A stretch of DNA of 64,000 bases, taken from contig NC_092680.1 in assembly GCF_964355755.1 (NCBI RefSeq), positions 372,001 through 436,000 on the forward strand. Direction: 5' to 3'. The stretch comes from Antedon mediterranea. Lineage: Eukaryota > Animalia > Echinodermata. The position numbers were made by a program, and so were the translations under genes. The notes under the pieces are model-generated. The model saw only the letters and a program-made list of their open reading frames with translations. It searched no databases and was not told where the DNA came from. This document shows, in pieces, positions 12,622 through 24,700 of the stretch; the stretch's first letter is position 1; the number at the start of each line of letters is the position of its first letter.

Positions 12622-15600
12622 ATGTCTGAATGCGTAAATTTATCTGCTATTTTAAAAAAGCAAGGTGAATTAGTATTAGTAAGTCTGACAAATATTAACG
12701 TAGCTAGAAATATTACACAGATAGAAAGCTGTCCTAGCCAGGCTAGGCTAGTACTAGCTAGAGGGGGGCCTAAGCTAGGCCCGATACTAGGCCTAGTAGT
12801 TAGTAGGCCTATATAGGGGCCTAGGCCTAGTAGGCATGTTATGCGCGATTTGAACGATTTGCGCAGTTTGAAATTGCGCAAAAAAAATCCTTGCGCAATT
12901 TGAATTGAAACATGTGTTTCAAATTGCGCAAGCAACGTATTAAATTGCGCAAGTAATCTGCAAATTGCGCAAGGTTTTTCGACAGATTGTGAAATCATGC
13001 ACACCCATATTTTTATAGTAATTTCTAAGAATGATTCAAAATTAAAGATAAATATCGCATTTCCTTATTTTAGTAGTGCAAATATTGTTATAAGTTAGCA
13101 TACCGTCGAAGAACCGACGAAGGAAAACAAAGCGGTGGTGTTCCACCAGGCGGGCGCGGCGCGGGCGGCCGGCTATACTACCACTCTAGCCTAGCTAGGG
13201 TCTGGACTACTGATACTGACTAGGTTACATGGCCTAGCTTAAACTAATATTAAAAACTTAAAAAGTGAGTATTAACATTATCTTCATTGAAATGGTCTTA
13301 TTTACCCTATATAATAAAATACTAAATTTTAAACTCCTCTGCCTAGGCCTAGCCTAGCCATGTATGGGAAAATTTACAGTTCGTTTTCAAATTGCGCAAA
13401 GGTGTCATATTGCGCAAGAACTATCTTGCGCAATTTACAAATTGTGCAGCGCAATTTAAAATTGCGCAAAGATTTTCTTGCGCAATTTGAAATTGCGCAA
13501 GTTGATTGCGCAATTTGAAATTGCGCAAAAAAATCCTTGCGCAATTTTAAATTGCGCAAGAATTCTTTGCGCAATTTTAAATTGCGCAAAAAAATCCTTG
13601 CGCAATTTTAAATTGCGCAAGAATTCTTTGCGCAATTTCAAATTGCGCAAGGATTTTTTTTCGCAATTTCAAATTGCGCAAATCGTTCAAATCGCGCATA
13701 ACAGGCATACTCAGGCCTAGCTAGGCCTAGTACTATAACTAACTCTCAGAGGAGGAGGTAGGGGCGCTACTGTACTACTACAGTACTACTGCACCTAATT
13801 TGAAATGCCTATCCAATAATCTTGGGACATGAATCATTATCAATATTTGTTATTTATTATTTAATTTTATATTATTTTATAGGAGGATACACCTATTCCA
13901 AAGCCAGGAAAAAATGGTAAGTAGAAGTAGGTATTTTTAGCATATGAAACAGTTAGTACTAGTAGCATTACTTAGGCCTAGTAAGTAGTATAAATATCCA
14001 TACAATTTTTAATTTACAAAATTTGTTTCGTAACAGAGGTCCAAATTCGCATGCAGCGTGTTGGAATCTGTGGGTCAGATGTTCATTACTGGACACATGG
14101 ACGTATTGGTCACTTTATTGTTGAAGCACCAATGATCTTAGGACATGAATCAAGCGGTATTGTATCAGAAGTTGGTGAAGGGGTGCAACACTTGAAAACT
14201 GGTAAGTTTGCCCTTGTACTAGTCTAGGTCTACTAGTCTACGTCTGAATTCATTTTACACTGTGAATATTTACACCATATTTAAGCTCTGTCTACACTAT
14301 CAAAGTGATGTGCCCATATATGGACATGATGATATCATATCACTACCATATTTGGGCATATCACTATCATATTTGGGCACATCACACTTGATAATGTAGA
14401 CAGGTCTTAATGCTGAAAGAATATAGTAATTAACTTGGCTCTCTAATGTAAATCAGAGTTACTTTGCAGTACTGTAATTAACAAACTTACATCATGTACA
14501 GTATAATTGTATTTAAAGGTGACCGTGTAGCAATTGAGCCAGGAGTCCCATGTCGCATGTGTGAATTTTGCAAGAAAGGCCGATATAACCTATGCCATGA
14601 TATGGTATTCTGTGCTACACCTCCAGTAGATGGATCTCTTAGAAGGTTCTATACACACGCTTCAGACTTCTGTTATAAGTAAGTAAGCAATAATATTAAG
14701 AGTATTGCATGGATTAGCTTAACATTGAGACATTTCTATTACAGTATTACTAGCTAGCGTGAGCCTAGGGTAGTACCCTCTATGAAAACAAAACATTTTT
14801 TTTTAAATAAGGTGTATTGGCCTAAACATGACCAACATAATAATATGATTTGTTTTAGCGATGAAAACAAAAATAAAAACAATTTTGATGGTTGCCTACA
14901 TATTTGTTTCAGGTTACCTGACCATGTGTCGATGGAAGAAGGTGCGCTACTAGAACCGTTATCTGTGGCCGTTCATGCGTGTCGACGAGCCGGGGTCACC
15001 CTTGGTAATAATGTTCTTATTTGTGGAGCTGGTAAGTTCTCTACCAAAGTTGTTGCTGTTTTGTTTAATGACCTCTTACAGTATTTTGATAATTCTAAAG
15101 CAGTGTACTCTAGTTGATGTTCCAGCATCATCATGTATTTAAATAGTATTGTAAACACATTTTTAACATTGTTTGTAGGTCCTATTGGTCTAATGAGTAT
15201 GATAGTAGCAAAAGCTATGGGAGCAGCTGTAATTGCTATCACAGGTAAGCTAAACTAAATTTGCTGTTATTTCAAATCAAATCTTTAAGCTCTGTGTACA
15301 AGTTTCATGTATTAACATTCACCTTAACATCAATGTATGGTTAAGCAACAACATTTACCAAAAAATATAATAGAAAAAGCAATAATAAAATGTGATGTGC
15401 CCAAATATGGAAGTGATATGCACAAATATGGTAGTGATATACCCAAATATGATAGTGATATGACATCATCATGTCCATATATGGGCACATCACATTTTTT
15501 TGTTACATACTGTACACTTTGATAGTGTAGACTAAGCTTTAGGCTTATTCTTCTTCCGAGTGTAACGACTGCTATCCTATTGAAATTGTAGATATCGATG

Positions 15601-16740
15601 AAGGAAGACTAAACAAAGCCAAGGAACTTGGAGTGAATTACACAGTTAAAGTTGATAGTAGAGATGGCAAGGTAATGGCTGCTAAGATTGAAGAAATTAT
15701 GGGATGTCAGCCAGATGTTACAATAGAATGCAGTGGAGCGGAACCTAGTGTACAAACATCTGTATATGTAAGTATTTGAAAATAAGTCTTAGAAATATAT
15801 TGATTTCATTTTTGACGAGGTCGTCTAGAATTTAATGAATGGTATAGAGAAAATAAACAAATTGCCACCTCTAACATTTTTATTAGTAGATATATTTTTA
15901 CTTATTTTTTGTTGACCTCTGAACCTTTCAATAGGTTATTAGTAGATTGTATTTTAACTGCTGATTGAAATATGCTAATAAGGCAAAAACCTACTTAAAA
16001 TTTCTGCAAATTTTTAATAGGCGTTTAGCATGCAGTCTAGATAACACTACTAAGTGTTATCTATCAAAATCTATTAAGAATAGTGCTATATTTACTAAGA
16101 AATTTCCACAATCCTGTAATGATGTATTGGTTAAATATCTAACAACACTGTTCCTCATATTCTTCTCCAGGCAACAAAATCTGGAGGAATGGTGGTTCTA
16201 GTAGGAATGGGACCGAATGAAATGCTCTCAGCACCATTGATAAATGCTGGTGTGAGGGAGGTAGACATTAGAGGAATATTCCGCTATGCTAACTGGTAAA
16301 TTTTAAATTATTATTGTCATCATTATTATTATCATTATCATTATTATTATTTTCATCATCATCAAAATTATTATTGTCATCTTCACCATCATTATCATTA
16401 TTATGGTCATCATTTCCTCCATTAAAAGTTTAAAAAAGTTTAATAATAGTTAAGAGTAACATAGATGGCTACAATTGGTTTAAAAACAACATTTTATTTC
16501 AACCATTGTTATAATTGATGTGAAGCACTACTGACTATTTCTATCAATAATAATATTATTATTTATATTTTGAACAGTTATCCAATTGCTTTGTCAATGA
16601 TTGCATCTGGCCAGGTGAACGTTAAACCTTTGATAACTCATCATTTTGATCTGGAGAAAACAATGGATGCATTTGAGACAGCCAAGACTGGTGCTGGTGG
16701 CGCTATTAAAGTTATGATCCACTGTGGAGATGACAACTAA
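12622..16740 (+). CDS. SORD: Sorbitol dehydrogenase (Zn-dependent MDR family), paralog 1, 9 coding exons
   Basis: Exons 12622-12678 ([19 protein letters not shown]), 13883-13916, 14037-14201 ([10 protein letters not shown]...GHE), 14519-14678 (CxxCxxC...C structural Zn; ATPP), 14913-15031 (LLEPLSV), 15179-15244 (GAGPIG), 15592-15767, 16171-16295 (GIFRY), 16578-16740 (TAA). Confidence 0.95.
12837..13703. mobile_element. Non-autonomous foldback element with TGT...ACA ends and 4-bp TSD (Ginger-like), in SORD-1 intron 1
   Basis: GGCA|tgttatgcgcgatttgaacgatttgcgca ... tgcgcaaatcgttcaaatcgcgcataaca|GGCA; both arms carry arrays of aaattgcgca. Confidence 0.8.
14284..14407. mobile_element. Harbinger-type MITE family A copy
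   Basis: tta|agctctgtctacactatcaaa...ttgataatgtagacaggtct|taa. Confidence 0.8.
15288..15538. mobile_element. Harbinger-type MITE family A copy, in SORD-1 intron 6
   Basis: agctctgtgtaca...internal caaatatggtagtgatat repeats...tttgatagtgtagactaagct|tta. Confidence 0.7.
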
Positions 16741-17478
16741 CTTGTAAACATACATAATCTATTCATATTATCAATGCATTGTATATCATTATAAAATTAT
16801 ATTTTTTATTACTTTTTTTGTTTCATATAAAAGATTTTAATAAATAGTATTCCCTAAGGATGAGATAGAAAAACTAATCATTACAAATTTAAATTGGTTT
16901 TGTAAATTCCATTTTTTAATGAGCAAATAAAATTCTGGATCTAGAGGAATTTGTAAAAATTGTGGAGAGGGAAAGAGCTAGGCTAACCAATAATTAATTT
17001 AATTTTTTGTTGATCCAATAAACTGAAAGAAATACATAAACGCTCCATTGGCTCTCTCAGACTATTGGTGTTATTTACAGTCTGTTGTGACGTCACCTTG
17101 TCGATATTGTTAAGAGTATTCCAAATGTTATGCTTTCTCATTAGCTGTTGCTCCATACATTTTGCTATTGTTTGCACGGTAACCATAACAATATATTTGC
17201 TACAAAAAGTAAATTAAAAAAATAAATGGAGATGACGAGGTTTTGATATATAAAAGTAACATATCCTGTCGATGCTAATATGAAATTAATAATACTGTAC
17301 GTTAGAAATACACATTACAGTTCTGTTTTAAATAAACTACTGCAATGTAAGGTAATAACACAACAAGGAAACACTTGGCCTAGCCTATCAATATCGTGTT
17401 ATGAACATTATAAACAATATGTACTTATCGCCAACATTATACGGTTAAGGTTAACAACCTCCATCTTGTACTTCTGTC

Positions 17479-17562
17479 GCGCAACGCGTCTGGGGAAAAA
17501 CGCAACGCGTCTGGGGAAAAACGCAACGCGTCTGGGGAAAAACGCAACGCGTCTGGAAAACA
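17479..17562. repeat. 21-bp tandem repeat (cgcaacgcgtctggggaaaaa), about 4 copies
   Basis: Directly visible. Confidence 0.9.
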
Positions 17563-17721
17563 CGCCAAACTAAACATACAGTACACAACTATTAAATTAT
17601 TTATTTATTTTAAAATTTAAACCTTTATTACTGAGTAGGCAGAAAAGACCTACGGTCGACAGACTCTTAGCTTCGGCTACAACTCGTTTTTTTACCAATG
17701 CGCACTGGCTATTCTTTTAGG

Positions 17722-17974
17722 TTTTTAGTCGCGTGCAACACGACTCTACAAGTTTATAACTTCTAGAAGGGATCCATGATAATAATGACTACCAATTACT
17801 GTTTCCACTATGTTCACTTTAATATCTTTTTTCTATTTTGTATATGTTCATTCATTATTATCTGAATAAATTTGATCTGAATCTGGATCTGAATCTGAAT
17901 CTGAACAATGTCGGTCGGTTGGTCGGTAAACACTAACTTGAGCACGCGACTGCAGCCATGTATATGGCCTTGTT
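17722..17974 (+). mobile_element. DINE-1/HINE-like (Helentron-derived) non-autonomous element, interrupted by a retroposon-like 3' tail
   Basis: Starts ttttagtcgcgtgc...cgactctaca, has a (gtcg)n microsatellite, an inverted cacgcgact, and a terminal gccatgtatatggc hairpin followed by ttgtt. The insert at ~17755-17905 ends in aataaa plus (tctgaa)n. Confidence 0.6.
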
Positions 17975-18221
17975 AAAAGATACAGGGGTTCTTAAGATAT
18001 AATAATAATGCAGCCCGCAAGCGCATTTCGTGGCCAGCGAAGAGCTAGCTAAAATAAATATAAGTAATTTTAGAAAGGGCGAGAACTACTTACGCGCTCG
18101 TGCCAATGCTCCCCAATATTATAACATCCGTGATTTAACATTACAACTTATTTGTAACGTCATTTCCGCTAATAATAGTGTATATAGTATTATACTTATA
18201 CTAATAAACCAGTATAACAAT

Positions 18222-19891
18222 ATGGCAGACACTAGAATTGCTCAGACATTTGTATTTCACTTCCTCATGTTATTATCCACCATTATTTACATTGTTGGAT
18301 TAATACACGCAGTAGCTTATTTTAAAACTGAGAATTATATGGACGGCAATTGTACGGTTTCAAAAACATTTGTTAATGAAGAACAAACTCATTGCAATTG
18401 TTGCAACACAAAAAATAGTTCGTGTATTATGATTTTTGTAAATGTTTATACCAATACTGGAACACGGTTGCTGAAACTTTACCAATCCACTAGAGACATT
18501 GGAAAACGGGTAAGTTATAATATTAATTTAGCTCTGGGGTAAAGGAGGGGTATTTAGTTGCCTTACAGTGTAAAAGCAATAGTTAATATGTTTACGAGAA
18601 GGGTAACATTTTTTAGTAAGTAAGCGGTGCTTTTTACATTTTATGAAGATGTCTAGTACATCCGAACCTAACATGATGAACGTGTGACAAAAAGGGTTCG
18701 TAGCTCATAGTTCAAAATACAAAAAAATAAATATATATTAAGAAATTCAAAAATTAATCTATATCATATCAGAACATTAGTCTTTAGAAATACATGAAAA
18801 TAGGAAATTTAGCCAATAAAAATGTCTCCCCAAACTAATATCACAATATAATAATATCACAACATTTAGCCACTTTTAAGTGGCTATATGTTGTGATATT
18901 ATTATAATTGTACTTTAAAAAGTTTGGAAGGAAGAGATAAATAAATAACAAAGTTATAATATTGTCTCTACACATTACGCCTTACATGTAATACGGGGAA
19001 GAGATGTGTTGACCATACATTTCTGAGAAATTGGTTTTTAAAGGAAGTAATTTAAAGTAATTGTACAAAACGAAAGTTCAGGCACAAAAAGAGGAAATTT
19101 GCTGATATAATTATGCTGAATTCATTGGTAGGCTATTGTTCATAAAACAACAAAAATTATTAAAACATGGCAGCAAAAATGCTGAATTGCGTTTCAATTT
19201 ACAAAATATGTATACAATTGGTTAAAATTACTTTAACAATTTTTAAAAATTCCTGCTATAGGTCATAAAAAACAAATTCAACATCAAAAAACATATATGA
19301 AGAAACAGTAAAACTTCATTAAAAGAAACAATTACAAATTATTCATTTAAAGAATATTATTATCATATTGTATAACATTTCCTCCACGTGATCAAACTGA
19401 AAACTTGATTAAATTCAGATTGGTCCTGATCGTAGCTTAGGTGAAGTTTGTAACTTTTGAGTAACAATAGTGCTTAACTAATATTAGTTCAATGAACCTG
19501 TTAATTTCCTAATAATCGTATACTCAGAAAACGCAGGTTACCGTAATAAAATAATAATCATAATGAACCATTTTTCTTTCATCTTTAGTGTTTCTTACCG
19601 CTTTGTGATGATACGCCTTCTGGTGGATACAAGAAGTATGTCAAAGATAACTATCCAATCGGGAAAAAACTTGCTTGCAGTTATGACCAATATAATAGTG
19701 AAGCTGTGCTTAAAATGAATAGACAAAACATTCATTTTCACTTGTTGTTATGGCCATCATTGTTTTGGGTGACGTTTATTGCGTTCGTATGGCTTAAATC
19801 AGACTATAGTAAAACGCGTATATTCACGCCACTTACAAAATGTTGTTGTCACTGTTGTCCAACCGAATCAGAACATGCTACAAATACGTAG
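18222..19891 (+). CDS. Two-TM protein of ~196 aa resembling BK-channel beta subunits (KCNMB)/TipE family
   Basis: Exon 18222-18509 (MADTRIAQ...TM1...GNCTV...CNCC...CIMIFVNV...LLKLYQ) joins in phase 0 to exon 19589-19891 (CFLPLC...YPIGKKLACSYD...EAVL...HLLLWPSLFW TM2...TAG). The Cys pattern and H-x-L-x-WP before TM2 are KCNMB-like. Confidence 0.75.
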
Positions 19892-20050
19892 AAGACAGAT
19901 TGTTCAATTTTTTTATTTTTTTTTAACCAAGCTTTAGCAGGTTGTATTTATAAGACCGCTGAGAACCATGCGTAACTTGTTTTAAACCTATGTATGCACA
20001 ACTTGCATATACAACATGTCTTACTTAGTATTATTAGACGTACGCATGCG

Positions 20051-20386
20051 TGGTTCCCACTAGCGACGCAACACAAGGACGTAACGCAACGCAAGTGAAT
20101 TGACCAATCACAAGCGATGGCTTATTCGCTTGTGATTGCTAACTGTCTATAACTTCGCTTGTCATTGGTTAAAACGCTTGCGTTGCGTTTACGTCCTTGC
20201 GTTACGTTCTAGTGGGAACCAAGCTTTATGCGTGGTTACCACTAGAGACACATCACAACAACGTAACGCAAGGTAAGTGATTTGACAATCACAAGCGATG
20301 AATTATTTGAACTGTCGCTTGTCCTTGGTCAACTCGCTTGCGTTGCGTATACGTCCTTGCGTTGCGTTCTAGTGGGAACCAAACTT
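20051..20386. mobile_element. Two adjacent copies of a palindromic Harbinger-type MITE, family B
   Basis: tggttcccactag-cgacgcaac...gaccaatcacaagcga...gttgcgtttacgtccttgcgtt...ctagtgggaaccaagct|tta; copies at 20051-20225 and ~20229-20386. Confidence 0.8.
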
Positions 20387-20655
20387 AGTTTGGCGTATTC
20401 AACGTACTCCAGCTGACAATTTGTCATTGGGAATACAACGTTGGCCAAATCGTCACGGTGTGACAGGATGAGGGATGGTAATAACTGAAATCGGGGAAAT
20501 CCCAAATATTTATAGATTTTGAATAGAAATCGAAGGGATACGAATACGCTTGGGCACAACATTTATGAGAACAGTGTATTATAGTATTCCAGCTTTAATT
20601 TTTATAGAATAATTGATAGATCGTAATAATAGTACTGTCGACGGCCTTGATAATT

Positions 20656-21300
20656 TAAGTAAGTAAGTAAGTAATATTTATTGCTTTCCAAATACAGTAC
20701 AAATAAATAAAACAGTATAATGTAAATGAAATAAAAAGAGAAACATAAAATATAAAAATACAAGACTAGACAAGAAAATAAGCATGGAAAGCAGGGGATG
20801 GCTCTTTAAGCCCAGAGGCTTGTTTCCAAAGGGGTCCCCAACATAATAAAATAATATTACAATAATAATACAAAAATATGGATCTATTATTATTTTATAC
20901 AGTATTACAAATTAATTTAATTACATGTTAGATTTATGCTGAATTCTGATAATCATTATTATTACAAAAATATCTACTATTATTTACAAGAAAAGTCAAT
21001 CATAATTTTAGGTCTATATAATTTGCATATTTGTTAATAAAAATTTCTTAAGAGTCCTTTTAAAACTATTGTGTGTAAAAATATTTTTTATTTCTATTGG
21101 TAATTTGTTCCACAGTGTGATTGCATTAAAAAAAAAAGGTCTTACTAACAGTATAGTTATTCATTGGAACAATAAAATTACAATCTTTACCTCTAGTACC
21201 ATGGTTATGATTTATCCTATTAAAATTATTTAACATAAAGTCTGGACAACTTTTTGTATATATTGTCTGTACGTGTTGTAGTGTCATTTGTTCGGCCCTT
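20656..21300 (-). mobile_element. 3' fragment of a CR1/L2-like LINE
   Basis: The minus strand reads, with degeneration, ...HNHGTRG...FIVP...AITLWNKLPIEIK...SFKRTLKKF, typical of the ORF2 C-terminus. It is followed by a 3' UTR, aataaa and a (ttac)n tail. Confidence 0.7.
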
Positions 21301-21717
21301 AAATGAAATTAAGTTAATATTTGGTGTTTGGGATGTTTATTTATTTGTTTAATATATTAAGAAATGCTAATATTATTACACTAACATGTATTTCTGAATA
21401 ATACAATGCATTTAATGATTTGTTGTATAAGTTCATTGCTTTTGTATTGTGGGTTCTAAGGATCTCCCTGATATATCATGCCTTTCATTTTTGCCAATGA
21501 TTCGTTCATTAATTCATTATTTCATTAAACTATTAGACATGTGTTTCAATTCACACTGTTTGATATAAATCTGTTATGATTGTAAATAATCCCAATACGC
21601 TGTCTGGATTGTCTATATTACGATGTGTTTATTACTTCGTTATCGTATGAGTTGAACAGTCCATTTGACACGCCCACCTGACACACCCACCCCCTGTTAA
21701 TACACATTACACCGGCC

Positions 21718-24700
21718 ATGGCAGGACAGGACGGTAATCTATCGGCGGTACTCAAGAGAAAAGATGAGCTTGTTTTGGTAAGTATTATTATTATTTATGA
21801 GACTGAATGTTAAAGATTCTAAATAAATACGAATCTGGATCTGGTAACTAGTGTACAAACGCGCCAGGCTATTACATACAGGTTACACATTATTGTGTTT
21901 TGACTCGTATTCAATCTAAGCCTCGATTTGTATCTTCTGTAAATGAACAGATTGTATATGTAAATATAGGCTACAGTAGTTGATAAACTGTATTCGCACC
22001 TGGTAGCATCGACATAAGTGCATAATATAATCTTTGACCTGTAGTCCGTAGTTGTTATTTGTTACTTGATTGCCTAAAATCATACTTTGAATAGGATTAA
22101 AAACAACCACAGAGTTTCTTTGTTAGTTCCTTATAACTAATATTACTATGCAATATTTCTTTTAGGAGAACACGCCCGTACCTAAACCTGGAAAAAATGG
22201 TAATTTGACTTTTCATCATCAAAACTCGTTATTTCAAAATGATATTAGGATAGTATATTGATGCCTTTGTATGTAAAATGAATGACTTTTAGCTTAAAAA
22301 GTCGGGGGTGGGGGGGGGGGAGTTTTTGTAAGAAATAGTTGTTGTTTAGAGATAATGTTAAGTTGCATTTTTTGTTTACTGTAATATTCTTTGCAATAGA
22401 ACCATAAATACCAATTCAATTTTAATGCCAGTTTGGTTACATCTTGTTATGTTATTCATTTTAACGCGTGCCTTTCTTCCTTAACCAGAGGTTCAGATTC
22501 GAATGCAACGTGTTGGTATCTGTGGATCTGACGTACACTACTTGAGACATGGACGATGTGGACCCTTTATCGTTGAAGCACCAATGATCCTGGGTCATGA
22601 ATCAAGTGGTATTGTTTCCGAACTTGGTGAAGGTGTAACCAATCTCAAAGTAGGTAAGTCATCAATTATCTTAGGCCATCAAATAAGCGATGTTGTTTTA
22701 GAATTTGGCGAGGGTGTGTTAAAGGACGTGGACCTGATCGTGTCGTAGCCACAGGTAAACATTTTGATCTCCGAAGTTGCTCAGCATCCTGTTGTTAGAT
22801 TGTTTTCACCCACTGAACAATCATACCATTGTATGCTACACATTACCGCAACCAGCCAATCATTGGTCATTGTAGCGATTTAAACTTCTAAACAAATATC
22901 TTTTAGGTGATCGTGTGGCCATTGAGCCTGGCGTGCCCTGCCGTGTATGCTCCTTTTGTAAAGACGGTCGTTATCATCTCTGTCCAGACGTCATCTTCTG
23001 CGCAACACCACCAGTCGATGGATCACTCAGACGCTATTACACACACGCTGCAGATTTTTGCTTCAAGTAATTACTATCAATTCATAGACAGGATAAATTA
23101 GGTGGAATGTATTAACTTAATCCTAAATTTAATTTGTATTCCATAATCTATCATAGGTCTATCAATACATCCGATTCTCGATACCTAGATTTCTCCAGTA
23201 GAAAATTATTGTATTATCTCCCCTCATCGGAAAATTATTGTATTATCTCCCCTCATCTAGGAACATTTTTATTTTGTGAATGTGCAATTTAACTGGTTTT
23301 TTTTTACTAAAATGCCAACCAGAGGTAACACAAGTTGACATTTCGGACATTTCTGGATGTACTAATGCTAACAGCATAATAGAACATTTGAACTCAATAC
23401 TGTGTTTGCTTAATTTTAGAATACCAGACCACGTAAGTCTGGACGAAGCTGCTCTTTTGGAACCACTTTCCGTCGGTGTTCATGCATGCAAACGTGCTAA
23501 CATTACTCTTGGTCACAAGGTTCTCGTCTGTGGTGCAGGTACGTAATATACCAATGTTCTCGTCTGTGGTGCAGGTACCTAATATACCAATTCTGATGTG
23601 CTTAAATCGATTGATACTACAATTTTAGTAAAAAAAACAAAACAACTTAAATTGAACATTCGCAAAATAAAAATGACAAAATCCAGGGGAGTTATGGGGA
23701 CACTCTAACAGGGAAAGAAAGAGAACAATTATCTATTTTTGTGTGCCTGTTGATGTGTGCATAATAATAGCAGATGAACTAAACTAATTTCTCCAACATG
23801 CTAATACTTTATTATCACATTTATACACAATCATTTTCCATAATTAATAATTATGATAGAAGTTTTACTTTATTTAAGTTATATATGAATGTAGGCCTAT
23901 AATGTGAATTTTAAAATTCAATAATAAAATCAGTTACCATTTCTAGGACCAATCGGACTAGTGTCAATGCTGTCGGCAAAGGCAATGGGAGCTGCAGAAG
24001 TTGTGATTACAGACCTGGACAAGAAACGGTTAGCTAAAGCAAAAGAAATCGGTGCAACATACACCGTGCAAGTTGATAGCAAAGATCCTAAGATAGTGGC
24101 CAAAAAGGTAGAGGACGCCCTTGGTGCAATGCCTGACGCTACGATCGAGTGCAGCGGAGCGGAACCAAGCATCCAACTTGCTCTCCGTGTAAGTGTTATA
24201 TTAAATATATATAATAATATTATATCCAATATTACACTTGTGTATTTTTAATGTTGTAATTCTTTAAATTCATTTTCTCGTGTACCTGTCATTTTATGAT
24301 AGTTATGGTATTTCTAAAATTAAATTTACAAAATGTATTGCTTTATTTCTATCGCCATTAATAACAAATTTCATGGAACATGAGATTAAATTCCATTCGT
24401 TTGTAAATTGCATACAGAATTCAGTATCTCAGTTATTTCCTCTGTCAAACTATTCAAAATGATTTAATGATGATATTTGAATGTTTTTGATATTTATTAT
24501 CTGTATTTTTATATTATTGTTAATTGTTTTAATTCAGCCTCGTGCTGCGACCAAATATTTGTTGAATACATTTGTTTTTCATTTAATTTCATAATGGTAT
24601 ATTTATTAAAATCATCTTCACAGAAAAACTGAATTGTGACAATTGTGTACATTATTAAAAGGTACTTAAAATATTTAATTTTTAAATGAATAAATAAACT

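Noticed and set aside
13100-13175. Possible alternative SORD exon 1 (reads [12 protein letters not shown])
   Set aside because: Superficial likeness only: no nearby ATG or correctly placed donor, and it lies inside the foldback element.
18030-18221. N-terminal extension of the KCNMB-like ORF from a GTG start
   Set aside because: Non-ATG start in a eukaryote; the ATG at 18222 directly precedes TM1.
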